A stretch of DNA of 64,000 bases from Promethearchaeota archaeon (GTDB taxonomy: Archaea; Asgardarchaeota; Lokiarchaeia; Sigyniarchaeales; SOKP01), in the NCBI GenBank assembly GCA_019058365.1, contig JAHPZE010000021.1, positions 12,100-76,099 of the forward strand. Reading direction: 5' to 3'. Each line of letters opens with the position of its first letter. The stretch's first letter is position 1. The position numbers were made by a program, and so were the translations under genes. This document shows, piece by piece, positions 8,016-17,005 of this stretch. A model generated the notes under the pieces. That model had not been told where the DNA came from. It saw nothing but the letters and a program-made list of their open reading frames with translations, and did no database searches.

Positions 8016-9953
8016 CTAATCATTTAAAAGATTCTGCAATTCTTGAATTTGGCCATCAATTTTGTTCATTAATAAATCTATTTTCTCTTTCTTTTCTTGA
8101 AGTTCTTCTGATGTGATTTCCCCAGTGAGTTCCTTCATATCAAGATCTAATAACATCTTAGAAATATCTGCTTTCTTAATTTTCAATTCCAATAACGATT
8201 TTTTTAATTCTTCTATCTGTTTTATATCTAAAACTGTAGGTTTTTGTTCAACTTGGTTAGGAATCGGAGGAGTTATTACTGCTTTGGATTCAAGTGTAAT
8301 TTTTGATTTTGGAGGAGTTATTACTGCTTTGGGTTCAAGTGTAGTTTTTAGTGTTGGAGGAGTTTTAGACGGAGTTGGACTTATACTTGTCTTTTTTTCC
8401 ATTAATTTTAACGGCGATACTGATACAAGAGTTTTTGGCTCATCCGCATTTTCTACTAGACTAACCGGAGACATTTTCAATTTATCTTTTGCATCTTTTG
8501 GGACAAAATTTACTGATTTTGGTCTAGATTTTACCATAAAATCTTCTGGATTTAGTGTTAAACCAATTCCCTCTGGTTTTATTTCGGACTCTTTTGGTGG
8601 TTCAATTTCTTTAACCTTTTGAGTATTTACTTCAGTTACTTTTTCTTTATCATATAAAGTTGAAATTTCTGAAGGTCTTTTAATTTTGGGTGGTCCTATT
8701 GGTTTTTGTTCAGTTGGTAATTTTTGGGGAGTATTTAATGATTGCTCTTGGGGAGGTAATTGGGGAGGCAATTTGGGAGGCAATGGGGGCTCTGGTATTG
8801 CTGGAGTTGGAGGAGAATGCGCTTTTTCTAATTCCTTAAGTTTTTTATCCATTGTTGGAGGTTTTTGTTCTACAGGCTCAATAGATGTTGCCGGTGTGGG
8901 TTGTGGAGCGCCCACTGTATCTAACATATCTTTAATTTTTTGTGATTTATCAAAGAATTCTCTACCTAACGAATCATCTCCTAATTCTAAACATAAATCA
9001 CTAATTTTGTCAAATAAAAATGCTGCTTTATTAAAATCAGCGTCTTTAAGGGCTCTTACTGCTTCTTCAGTTAATTTATCTCTCTCAAGCAATGGCTTCA
9101 AGAGAGGTGAGACTTCTGCACTCATTTCTAAAATATCAGCAATTATTTGAATCATTTTATCTCGATTTTTAGGTTCTAATGCAATCATTGAGTATGCTTT
9201 TAATCCAAGTATTTTTTCAATTTGAACGGGATTCAAAGCTTCTTTTAAATCTTGTTTATTCCCTATTACTGCAGATTGAGCGTTAGGTGCTTGTTCTTTT
9301 ATTAATTCTAAAAAATATTTGCTCTTTTCAATGTTTTCTAATGAAGAGTCAGTAATTAAAAGAACCGCATCACTTCCCTTGATAAAATTGTTCCATAAAT
9401 AACTAAATTGCTCTTGTCCAGCGAAATCCCATAAATGAAAGTGTAATTTTCCAATTTTTATAGTGGCAATATCTCCCGTAATGGTTGGTATATGTTGCAT
9501 GGGAATTTCATCAGCTTTGATTAATTTCGTGATAGTAGTTTTTCCTACTCCCGAAAAACCTATTAGAGATATTTTAGGTCGTAAATTTCTATGGATTGCA
9601 TCTATTGTAGGATCAAAAACTTCAAATGTTTTTGCATCAAAACGATGCTGTAATATATCTTCAAATAAACTTAAAAATTCAGTTCTACATTTTTCCAATT
9701 CTTTTTTTATATTTTCAAATTTATCAGTCAAACCTGTTACAAATAAAAAAATAAGCTTAGTATCGTTATCTGTGATGTAAGATATTCTAAATTTATAATA
9801 ATCGTGAAATGCTATCTTGGATTCAGTTTTAATCAAAGCTTCATTAATGATATCTTCAACTAGAAGATTTAATACTTCTTGTTTTAGGGCTTTTCCAAAA
9901 TGTCTATAATATAAAAGTTCATTGCTTCTGTACACAAATACCTGTCTTAAAAT
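8016..9953 (-). CDS. Longin-like domain + Arf/Rag-like small GTPase + helical bundle + proline-rich region + C-terminal coiled-coil hairpin
   Basis: GFSGVGKT, WDFAGQ, NKQD; N-terminal about 120 aa beta/alpha longin-like pattern; PPTPAIPEPPLPPKLPPQLPP; C-terminal heptads. ORF track start is GTG 9935; the frame extends to ATT 9953, 6 nt after GGTGA (start uncertain). Confidence 0.85.
   Translation of the reverse strand: MLRQVFVYRSNELLYYRHFGKALKQEVLNLLVEDIINEALIKTESKIAFHDYYKFRISYITDNDTKLIFLFVTGLTDKFENIKKELEKCRTEFLSLFEDILQHRFDAKTFEVFDPTIDAIHRNLRPKISLIGFSGVGKTTITKLIKADEIPMQHIPTITGDIATIKIGKLHFHLWDFAGQEQFSYLWNNFIKGSDAVLLITDSSLENIEKSKYFLELIKEQAPNAQSAVIGNKQDLKEALNPVQIEKILGLKAYSMIALEPKNRDKMIQIIADILEMSAEVSPLLKPLLERDKLTEEAVRALKDADFNKAAFLFDKISDLCLELGDDSLGREFFDKSQKIKDMLDTVGAPQPTPATSIEPVEQKPPTMDKKLKELEKAHSPPTPAIPEPPLPPKLPPQLPPQEQSLNTPQKLPTEQKPIGPPKIKRPSEISTLYDKEKVTEVNTQKVKEIEPPKESEIKPEGIGLTLNPEDFMVKSRPKSVNFVPKDAKDKLKMSPVSLVENADEPKTLVSVSPLKLMEKKTSISPTPSKTPPTLKTTLEPKAVITPPKSKITLESKAVITPPIPNQVEQKPTVLDIKQIEELKKSLLELKIKKADISKMLLDLDMKELTGEITSEELQEKKEKIDLLMNKIDGQIQELQNLLND
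8266..8364. repeat. 45-bp tandem repeat (about 2.2 copies) encoding TLE(P/S)KAVITPP units
   Basis: ggaggagttattactgctttgg(a/g)ttcaagtgta at 8266 and 8311; third ggaggagtt at 8356. Confidence 0.9.
8751..8786. repeat. 12-bp tandem repeat x3 encoding xLPP units (PLPP-KLPP-QLPP)
   Basis: gggaggtaattg / gggaggcaattt / gggaggcaatgg. Confidence 0.85.
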
Positions 9954-9993
9954 AATCGTTCACCATGATTTATAAAATTATACTTAATACAAC

Positions 9994-10488
9994 TTAACTT
10001 GAAATGTGTTTAACTAAATCCTTTATAATTGAATATTTATCTTTTCTAATTTTTTCGTCTTCTAAGGTTTCTTCAATTTTTGAGATTTCTTTTGAAAAGT
10101 CAAAAACTGAAAAACTTTTAACTTCCTCTTCTGTTGTTATATTTACACTCAACTTCTTTAAAAAAACACTAACACTTGGCATAAACTTTGCTAAATTTAC
10201 ATTTAAATCTAATTTTGAGATAAGGATTAATTCCTTGCTAAATGTAAACAGATAATTGTACTTTTCTGATTCTAACGCGAAGGAGTTTATCTTATTTAAA
10301 CTTAGTGCATTCGCAATTTCTTTAGAATTGGAAATTAAGGATAATATCCCATGGGGAATAATTCTTCCTTTCGCAAACTCCTTGATTAACGATCCCAATA
10401 TAATTCCATACTTATTTGCTATAGCACATTCAGCATTTAAGTCAGACTTTAATTGAGAGATTATTTCCTCATATTTAACTTGACTCAT
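9994..10488 (-). CDS. Roadblock/LAMTOR (MglB-like) fold protein with C-terminal helical extension
   Basis: Helix-beta-beta (ECAIANKYGIILGS)-helix-beta-beta-beta-helix pattern; directly upstream of and co-oriented with a small GTPase. Confidence 0.65.
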   Translation of the reverse strand: MSQVKYEEIISQLKSDLNAECAIANKYGIILGSLIKEFAKGRIIPHGILSLISNSKEIANALSLNKINSFALESEKYNYLFTFSKELILISKLDLNVNLAKFMPSVSVFLKKLSVNITTEEEVKSFSVFDFSKEISKIEETLEDEKIRKDKYSIIKDLVKHISS

Positions 10489-10601
10489 ATTTAAGGGAAA
10501 ATGTTTTTACATAAATAATGAAAAACTATTTATTTATATTTGTTTAGTTATTAGAAACATAATATTACTAAAATTGTAACAATTTTGCTTATTAATTTGA
10601 T

Positions 10602-11387
10602 TTGAAAACTTACAAAACGCGTTTTTTGGAAAAAGAATCTGATATTACAATTATATCTGAATCAAAGAAGGCAATTATACGTGCGAAAAAGAGTTTTTAT
10701 TTCCACCGAAAGAATTTAGAGAAATATGTACTAAAAGATAACCAGTTTCTAAATTCTTTTTCTCCACTTAAAATAAATACAAATTTTAAAATCATTAAAA
10801 TTATGGCTGAAGTAGCAGAGATATGTGATGTAGGACCTATGGCTGCGGTAGCTGGGGCGTTGGCAGATTTAATGCTTGAAACAATGAAATCTAAAGATCC
10901 TGATTATATACCTTCCAAAATTGCTTTAGTTGAAAATGGAGGAGAAATTGCAATTGATTCCAAAAAACCAATAACTATCGCATTATATGCAGGCGAAAAT
11001 GAATTGAATCTTAATTTAGGTTTTTTAGTTAAAGAAAGCGATTGTCCTCTGGGGATTGGAACAAGCTCCGCAACAGTGGGTCATGCAATTAGCTTAGGAC
11101 AAGCCGATGCGGTTACAATCTTTGCAAAAAATGCTGCTCTAGCAGATGCAGCAGCAACAAAAATATGCAATTTAGTTAAAGGAATAGATATTGAGAAATC
11201 CATAAAAAAGGGATTAGATGCTGTAGATGATATTGACGGGCTCATAGGTGCATTTATATCTAGAGAAAATAAAGTTGGTCAGACAGGAAAACTCCCTCAA
11301 CTAGTAAAGATTGAAGGAGATAAACAAAAAATTTTGAATGAAAAGCAGGACATTGAATTTCCAGGTGACTATGAGATATTTAAATAA
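10602..11387 (+). CDS. UPF0280 family protein (ApbE superfamily)
   Basis: VGPMAAVAGALAD, ENGGEIA, GIGTSSATVGHAISLGQADAVT, ADAAAT. Confidence 0.9.
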   Translation: MKTYKTRFLEKESDITIISESKKAIIRAKKSFYFHRKNLEKYVLKDNQFLNSFSPLKINTNFKIIKIMAEVAEICDVGPMAAVAGALADLMLETMKSKDPDYIPSKIALVENGGEIAIDSKKPITIALYAGENELNLNLGFLVKESDCPLGIGTSSATVGHAISLGQADAVTIFAKNAALADAAATKICNLVKGIDIEKSIKKGLDAVDDIDGLIGAFISRENKVGQTGKLPQLVKIEGDKQKILNEKQDIEFPGDYEIFK

Positions 11388-13632
11388 CCCAAAATAGAGG
11401 AACTTCTATACCATTTTCAGTTTTTGATGAACATATTTTATTTAAATAATTTAGAGTATAGTATTCTTCTGTTTCCTCGGGTGTTAAATGGCCAAATAAG
11501 TTAAAACCTTTATCTATTACATAATCGTTTTCAAAAATTAAATAAACATCAGAATTATATTTTTCTTTAAAATATCTTAAAAGATTTATCCCACTTTCAT
11601 TTATATGATTTTTAGGTGGAAATAAATCAATTTTACTGGGTAATATATAGATACTCCCATTGTATAGAAGAGCTTCATCTTTATCATAAAAGGGATAATC
11701 ATAGTAATCAATTACATACCCCCACCCAAATTCAGAAAAAATAATATTTTCATTAGAAGTATTATTTGAATACCATTGGAGAGTGCTTACCTCTCTATGT
11801 TTCATATTGAATATCTCAATACTTACAAATTCATTAAAGTAAGTTGTAAATAGTGAAAATGTAATAACTAATAAAATAACCAGTTTAATATGTAAAAATT
11901 GAATTGAATTCAACTTTATAAGCTTGTAAATATATGAGATAAATCCAATAACAATTATAGGAGGGATAAGATATAATATTCTTTCCCAAACCATTATCTT
12001 GATTAGGAATATGTTAAGAATAAAACCTACTCCTAATAATATAATAAAAAAGGCACCCCAAATAAATAAAACTTTACCTTTAGGCTTTTTTTGAAATATA
12101 ATTAAACCCCAGAATGCAAAAGCACTGAATAATATGATTTCAGAAATGTTTAAAACGTTTATGGTTTCAAAATTAAACCAGATTATATTTACTATTAGCA
12201 TTACAATTGTTAATAAAATTATTATACTAAAAATAAGCGGAATTATTACTTTATCTTCAATTCTCTTATAAATTGGGTTTGTTTTTCCCGTTATTGTTGA
12301 TTTATATCTTCCTTTTGTAAAATTAATAGATTTTTGTATCTTCCAGAAAAGAAATGCTCCTGCTAAGATTCCTGCTATGCCAATTGCTATAATAAAATAC
12401 CAGGAGATATTAATTGGAATAAAATGACCAACATAATCTCTCCCTATACCTAAATAATTCAAGATTAATAAAAATCCAAATAACCCAACAACTAAAAAGA
12501 AGTCTATTCCTCGTGTACGATCTTTTAAAAAATAAATAAAGTACAACCATATAAATGAAAATAAGAAAATGGTGGCAGTAATTACGTGAGTAAGAAACGC
12601 ACTTATAAAAATTAATGCAACTAAAGTGTAAGTAAAATAAATATCTTTGAAAATTGTACTCTTCTCTGGACGTTCTAATTGAATTAAATTCTGTATTCTT
12701 ATATATAAAAGGAAAAATACCATTAAACACATGATTAAGGTTAAACCAGAAGGCCAATACTGAATCATCATTATAGAAAATCCTAATGAAGAGAATTCTA
12801 AGATGAAAATGCCAAATAACGTTAAATTTTGATTTTTAAAAATCCTCATAGAGATGTTATAACATATTAAACCTGATAAGAAAATTGTATAAAATAAGAA
12901 ATATCGTGGAATAAGGATATGATCCACACCCGAAAAAAACGTGATAACCGCTTCAATTATGTTTAAACCCATCCCCCCCTCGTAATTTTCAAGGGGTAGA
13001 AAATTAAATTCCGTAATTATTTTACTATTAAAAATGTGTTTCCATGGATCTGTACCTGCAAAATAACTCACCCTTACAACATTTAAAATACATATGAGAA
13101 ATAAAAAAATGATGAGTAATAACCCACTCAAGGGAATTCGATTTTTAATGTATCGATATAATGAAAACTCTCTAACATTTCTATTGTATTCATCTAAAGA
13201 TTTTTCAGATTTAAAAAATCCTATTGTCCCTGCTTTAACTTCGCGGTATATGATATATAAAATAATTAATAAATAACATGTTATTAATAGAATAAAGAAA
13301 AAAAATCCTGTAATGGGGATTCCAAGGAAATTACCTATATATCCTGAAAGAATATAGAAAACTGCATTTAGTACTATTGTTAAACTAAGTTTTTCTAAAA
13401 AATTTAAATCCTTATTTTTTAGTATTATATAAAAAATCGGATATGAGGGTAAAAATAATAGAATAAAAATTGTACTTAACAAGGTAATGGGTTGAAAAAT
13501 TATTAATGAAAAACCTAATAAATTTAGAAAAACACATAATATAGAAAATACCGATAACAGAAAGAAGATTATATTAATTTTCTCTTTTAAATAAAAAAGA
13601 ACTCTATAGAATTCAAATTTAATATCTTTCAT
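11380..13632 (-). CDS. Large polytopic membrane protein, GT-C-like (STT3/PMT-type topology, no WWDYG)
   Basis: Many TM segments; GTDPWKH in the first large loop; WERILY; LQWYSNNT at the start of the C-terminal soluble domain. Confidence 0.6.
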   Translation of the reverse strand: MKDIKFEFYRVLFYLKEKINIIFFLLSVFSILCVFLNLLGFSLIIFQPITLLSTIFILLFLPSYPIFYIILKNKDLNFLEKLSLTIVLNAVFYILSGYIGNFLGIPITGFFFFILLITCYLLIILYIIYREVKAGTIGFFKSEKSLDEYNRNVREFSLYRYIKNRIPLSGLLLIIFLFLICILNVVRVSYFAGTDPWKHIFNSKIITEFNFLPLENYEGGMGLNIIEAVITFFSGVDHILIPRYFLFYTIFLSGLICYNISMRIFKNQNLTLFGIFILEFSSLGFSIMMIQYWPSGLTLIMCLMVFFLLYIRIQNLIQLERPEKSTIFKDIYFTYTLVALIFISAFLTHVITATIFLFSFIWLYFIYFLKDRTRGIDFFLVVGLFGFLLILNYLGIGRDYVGHFIPINISWYFIIAIGIAGILAGAFLFWKIQKSINFTKGRYKSTITGKTNPIYKRIEDKVIIPLIFSIIILLTIVMLIVNIIWFNFETINVLNISEIILFSAFAFWGLIIFQKKPKGKVLFIWGAFFIILLGVGFILNIFLIKIMVWERILYLIPPIIVIGFISYIYKLIKLNSIQFLHIKLVILLVITFSLFTTYFNEFVSIEIFNMKHREVSTLQWYSNNTSNENIIFSEFGWGYVIDYYDYPFYDKDEALLYNGSIYILPSKIDLFPPKNHINESGINLLRYFKEKYNSDVYLIFENDYVIDKGFNLFGHLTPEETEEYYTLNYLNKICSSKTENGIEVPLFWVI

Positions 13633-13660
13633 AGCTTACCCGGTTTTATTATCTTTATAA

Positions 13661-14623
13661 TTACTCTAAATTTTCAAGCTGCCATTCATAAGTCTTTATT
13701 AATCCCTCGTCTATATTGACTTTAGGATTAAACAGTAGCACTCTTTGGGCTTTTTCTATTTTGGAATGCGTAACTTGCACATCTCCTCTTTGTTTTTCAA
13801 GATACTGAACATCTATAGGTTTCTGTGCTATTTCATATATTTTATCAACCAATTGATTTATAGTAATTGGATTAGAGCCTCCCAGATTGAATATCTCACC
13901 CGAAGATTGATTGCTTTCTGCCGCTAAAATTAAGCCGTCAATAATGTCTGATATAAATGTAAAATCTCTAATCTGTTCTCCATCACCAAATATTATTATT
14001 GGTTTATTGTGCAAAACATTATTAATAAATATCCAAATTGCCATATCAGGCCTGCCTCTTGGTCCATAAACTGTATAAAACCTAAGAGAAGTTACTGGCA
14101 ATTCAAACTCTCGAAAATAATAATCTGCGTAATTTTCACAGGATAATTTCGAAACTGCATAGGGAGATATTGGATTTTTTGGATGATTTTCATCAACAGG
14201 AGTATAAAGTGGATTTCCATATACAGAAGACGAGGAACCAAAAACTACCTTTTTAACATTCATATTTAGTGCATTTTCAAAGATATTCACTGTACTGATA
14301 ATATTATTATTTGTAACTTCAGCAGCATTTTTAATAGAATAACGAACTCCCGGTATGGCTGCTAAATGAAAAATAATATCGATATCATAATCAATACTTG
14401 TGAGAATTGAATTATCTACCAAGTCTCCTTTTATTAATTCATAATCTTTATTGGTTTCATAATTTTTTGTGATTTCTGAAACGATTTTTTCATTTTCAGA
14501 ATATGGACTACTAAAATTATCTAAAATTAATGGAAAATTATCATTTTCAATTAATCTTTCAAAAAGATGAGAACCTATGAAACCTGCTCCACCAGTAATT
14601 AATACATTCTGATTTTTTATCAT
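13661..14623 (-). CDS. NAD-dependent epimerase (UDP-glucuronate 4-epimerase-like SDR)
   Basis: GGAGFIG, HLAAIPGVRYS, SSSSVYG, YAVSK, VYGPRGRPDMA. Confidence 0.88.
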   Translation of the reverse strand: MIKNQNVLITGGAGFIGSHLFERLIENDNFPLILDNFSSPYSENEKIVSEITKNYETNKDYELIKGDLVDNSILTSIDYDIDIIFHLAAIPGVRYSIKNAAEVTNNNIISTVNIFENALNMNVKKVVFGSSSSVYGNPLYTPVDENHPKNPISPYAVSKLSCENYADYYFREFELPVTSLRFYTVYGPRGRPDMAIWIFINNVLHNKPIIIFGDGEQIRDFTFISDIIDGLILAAESNQSSGEIFNLGGSNPITINQLVDKIYEIAQKPIDVQYLEKQRGDVQVTHSKIEKAQRVLLFNPKVNIDEGLIKTYEWQLENLE

Positions 14624-14757
14624 TAAAATTTGATTAATTTTTTTTAAATTAGTTAAAAATTGTACTAATTAAAAGTTTATTCTCAATTGATTTATTCTTC
14701 ATAATTTAGAATTTAATGTAAGAAAAAGATAAAATGCTTTAAAAACTATTGAATTTC

Positions 14758-15729
14758 TCAATTTACGTTTAGATCTACGTTATAGTTTTTCCGATACCAT
14801 AAGAAGTAATCTCGAAGACCATCTTCTTGATTAAATTTTGCTTCAAAACCAATTAATTTTTTTGCTTTTGACATATCTCCATAACTATGTAGTATATCAC
14901 CAGGTCTCGGATCAGTATATTCAATTTTAAGATTTTCCTTATTAGTTAGTTTTAACATAAGTTTTGCGAGATTTGTCATTGTAATTGGAGATCCGCATGC
15001 AATATTCAAGATTTCACCACCTATATCATGTTCTGCTGCCAATAAGTTTGCTTGAACAACATCCTTAACATAAGTAAAATCTCTTATATTTTCACCATCT
15101 CCAAATATAATCAAATCTTCATTTCTAATAATTCTACCTATCCATATTGCAATTACTCCACTATAAGGAGAATCTCTTTGCCTTGGACCATAAATATTAA
15201 AATACCTTAAACATGAGCCATTCAATCCATAAACATGATGATATGATTGGATATATGCTTCACAAGCTAGCTTTGATACCCCATAAGGTGATAATGGTAA
15301 TCTCCGCATATCTTCTCTTTTAGGTAAAGTGGGAGAATCGCCATACACAGAAGCACTTGAAGCAAATATAATCTTTTGGATATCTTTTTTTCTAGCTGCG
15401 TTTAATAAATTTAGAATACCATTTACATTAAAATCATTACACGAGGATGGCATTTTTACTGATTGAGGTACGCTAACAAAGGAAGCTTCATGATAGATAA
15501 TATCGATATCCTTAAATATATCTAAAAGAAAGTTAAGATCTCTTACATCCCCCTTAATAAATTCAAAATTCTTATTCTTTAACGCATCTTCCAAATTATC
15601 TAATCTTCCACTAAAAAGATTATCAATACCAATTACCTCAGCTCCTAATTCGAGTAATTTATCAGTTAGATTACTGCCGATAAACCCAGCAGCACCAGTA
15701 ACAACAATTCGCTTCCCCTTAAAAGACAT
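14758..15729 (-). CDS. NAD-dependent 4-epimerase (UDP-Glc/GlcNAc, WbpP-like SDR)
   Basis: GAAGFIG, SVPQSV, SPYGVSK, LRYFNIYGPRQ...YSGVI. Confidence 0.9.
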   Translation of the reverse strand: MSFKGKRIVVTGAAGFIGSNLTDKLLELGAEVIGIDNLFSGRLDNLEDALKNKNFEFIKGDVRDLNFLLDIFKDIDIIYHEASFVSVPQSVKMPSSCNDFNVNGILNLLNAARKKDIQKIIFASSASVYGDSPTLPKREDMRRLPLSPYGVSKLACEAYIQSYHHVYGLNGSCLRYFNIYGPRQRDSPYSGVIAIWIGRIIRNEDLIIFGDGENIRDFTYVKDVVQANLLAAEHDIGGEILNIACGSPITMTNLAKLMLKLTNKENLKIEYTDPRPGDILHSYGDMSKAKKLIGFEAKFNQEDGLRDYFLWYRKNYNVDLNVN

Positions 15730-15760
15730 ACTGATACCATTCTTTTTTTAATTATAAAGT

Positions 15761-16855
15761 TTATAATACTTTGTTTTTAATTATTTCTACTATTCTTTGA
15801 GATGTTTTCCCATCCCACTTCTCTATCTCTTGTCCTTTCTTATATGAATCTGATAAAATCTTATCTACATACATTTTTAATTTATTAAAATCATTTCCAA
15901 TTAAGGTATTAGTCCCTTTTTCAATTGTTATGGGTCTCTCCGTATTTTGTCGTAATGTCAGAATAGGAATTTTAAGATAAGAGGCTTCTTCTTGAATTCC
16001 GCCAGAATCTGTTAAAATAAATTTAGCGTTCATCATCAAATTTAAGAATTCCAAGTAACCTAATGGTTCTGTAAGAATTATATTTGGTTTTTTGAGTTGT
16101 TCGTCTAGATTAAAATTTTTCAGATTTTTTTGAGTTCTTGGATGTATAGGAAAGATAATTTTAATTTTGGATTGGATATAATTTAAAGTTTTTATAACTC
16201 TTTCGAGATCTTTCTTAGTATCTACATTTGAAGCTCTATGAATAGTAATTAATCCATAAGAATCACGGATTAATCCTAATCCTTTATAATAATTGTTTTC
16301 TCGAGCTAGCTTTGAGTTTGTAAGTAAATTGTCGATCATTATATTTCCAACGAAAAATATTTTACTAGAATCAATACCTTCATTTTTTAAATTAAATAAA
16401 CCACTCTCTTCAGTTACAAATAAATAATCTGCCAAATGATCTGTTAATTTTCGGTTTATTTCTTCAGGCATTTTTTTATCAAAACTTCTTAATCCTGCTT
16501 CAACATGAGCTACTTCTATAAGTAATTTTTTAGCAACTAAGGCACAGGCTATAGTTGAATTAACATCTCCAACTACGATAATTAATTTCGGTTTTTCTTT
16601 TAAAATCACCTTCTCAAACTCAATCATGATTTTTGCTGTTTGAAAGGCATGGGACCCTGACCCAACATTAAGAAAATAATCTGGTTTCGATATTCCTAAA
16701 TTATCAAAAAAGATTTTTGACATGTTATAGTCATAATGTTGCCCAGTATGAATTAACTTAAATTTAATTTTTTGTCTTTCCAATTCCCTTATCAAAGGAG
16801 CGATTTTCATAAAATTTGGTCTTGCTCCCCCGATAATAAATATATTGCTATTCAT
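15761..16855 (-). CDS. wecB: UDP-N-acetylglucosamine 2-epimerase (non-hydrolysing)
   Basis: GARPNFMK, HTGQHYD, VGDVNST, HVEAGLRS, PEEINR, TDSGGIQEE, TERP. Confidence 0.93.
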   Translation of the reverse strand: MNSNIFIIGGARPNFMKIAPLIRELERQKIKFKLIHTGQHYDYNMSKIFFDNLGISKPDYFLNVGSGSHAFQTAKIMIEFEKVILKEKPKLIIVVGDVNSTIACALVAKKLLIEVAHVEAGLRSFDKKMPEEINRKLTDHLADYLFVTEESGLFNLKNEGIDSSKIFFVGNIMIDNLLTNSKLARENNYYKGLGLIRDSYGLITIHRASNVDTKKDLERVIKTLNYIQSKIKIIFPIHPRTQKNLKNFNLDEQLKKPNIILTEPLGYLEFLNLMMNAKFILTDSGGIQEEASYLKIPILTLRQNTERPITIEKGTNTLIGNDFNKLKMYVDKILSDSYKKGQEIEKWDGKTSQRIVEIIKNKVL

Positions 16856-17005
16856 TTTTTAACTTAAATGAAAATTTAATCAATAAATTTTATAGTTAAT
16901 AATAATTGGGTTATTATATCTTTTTTTATTCCACAAATTCTCTTTAAATGATATGGAATAAGGAGAAATAAATAAGAATACGATAAATTTAGTGGAAATT
17001 ACAAT

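Noticed and set aside
8113-10456. Gly-rich and other plus-strand ORFs (8113-8622, 8686-9150, 9463-9780, 10004-10456)
   Set aside because: Antisense shadows; the Gly repeats mirror Pro codons of the GTPase.
11380-13632. Calling this or its paralogs aglB/STT3
   Set aside because: No WWDYG or recognisable DK motif; only GT-C-like topology is supportable.
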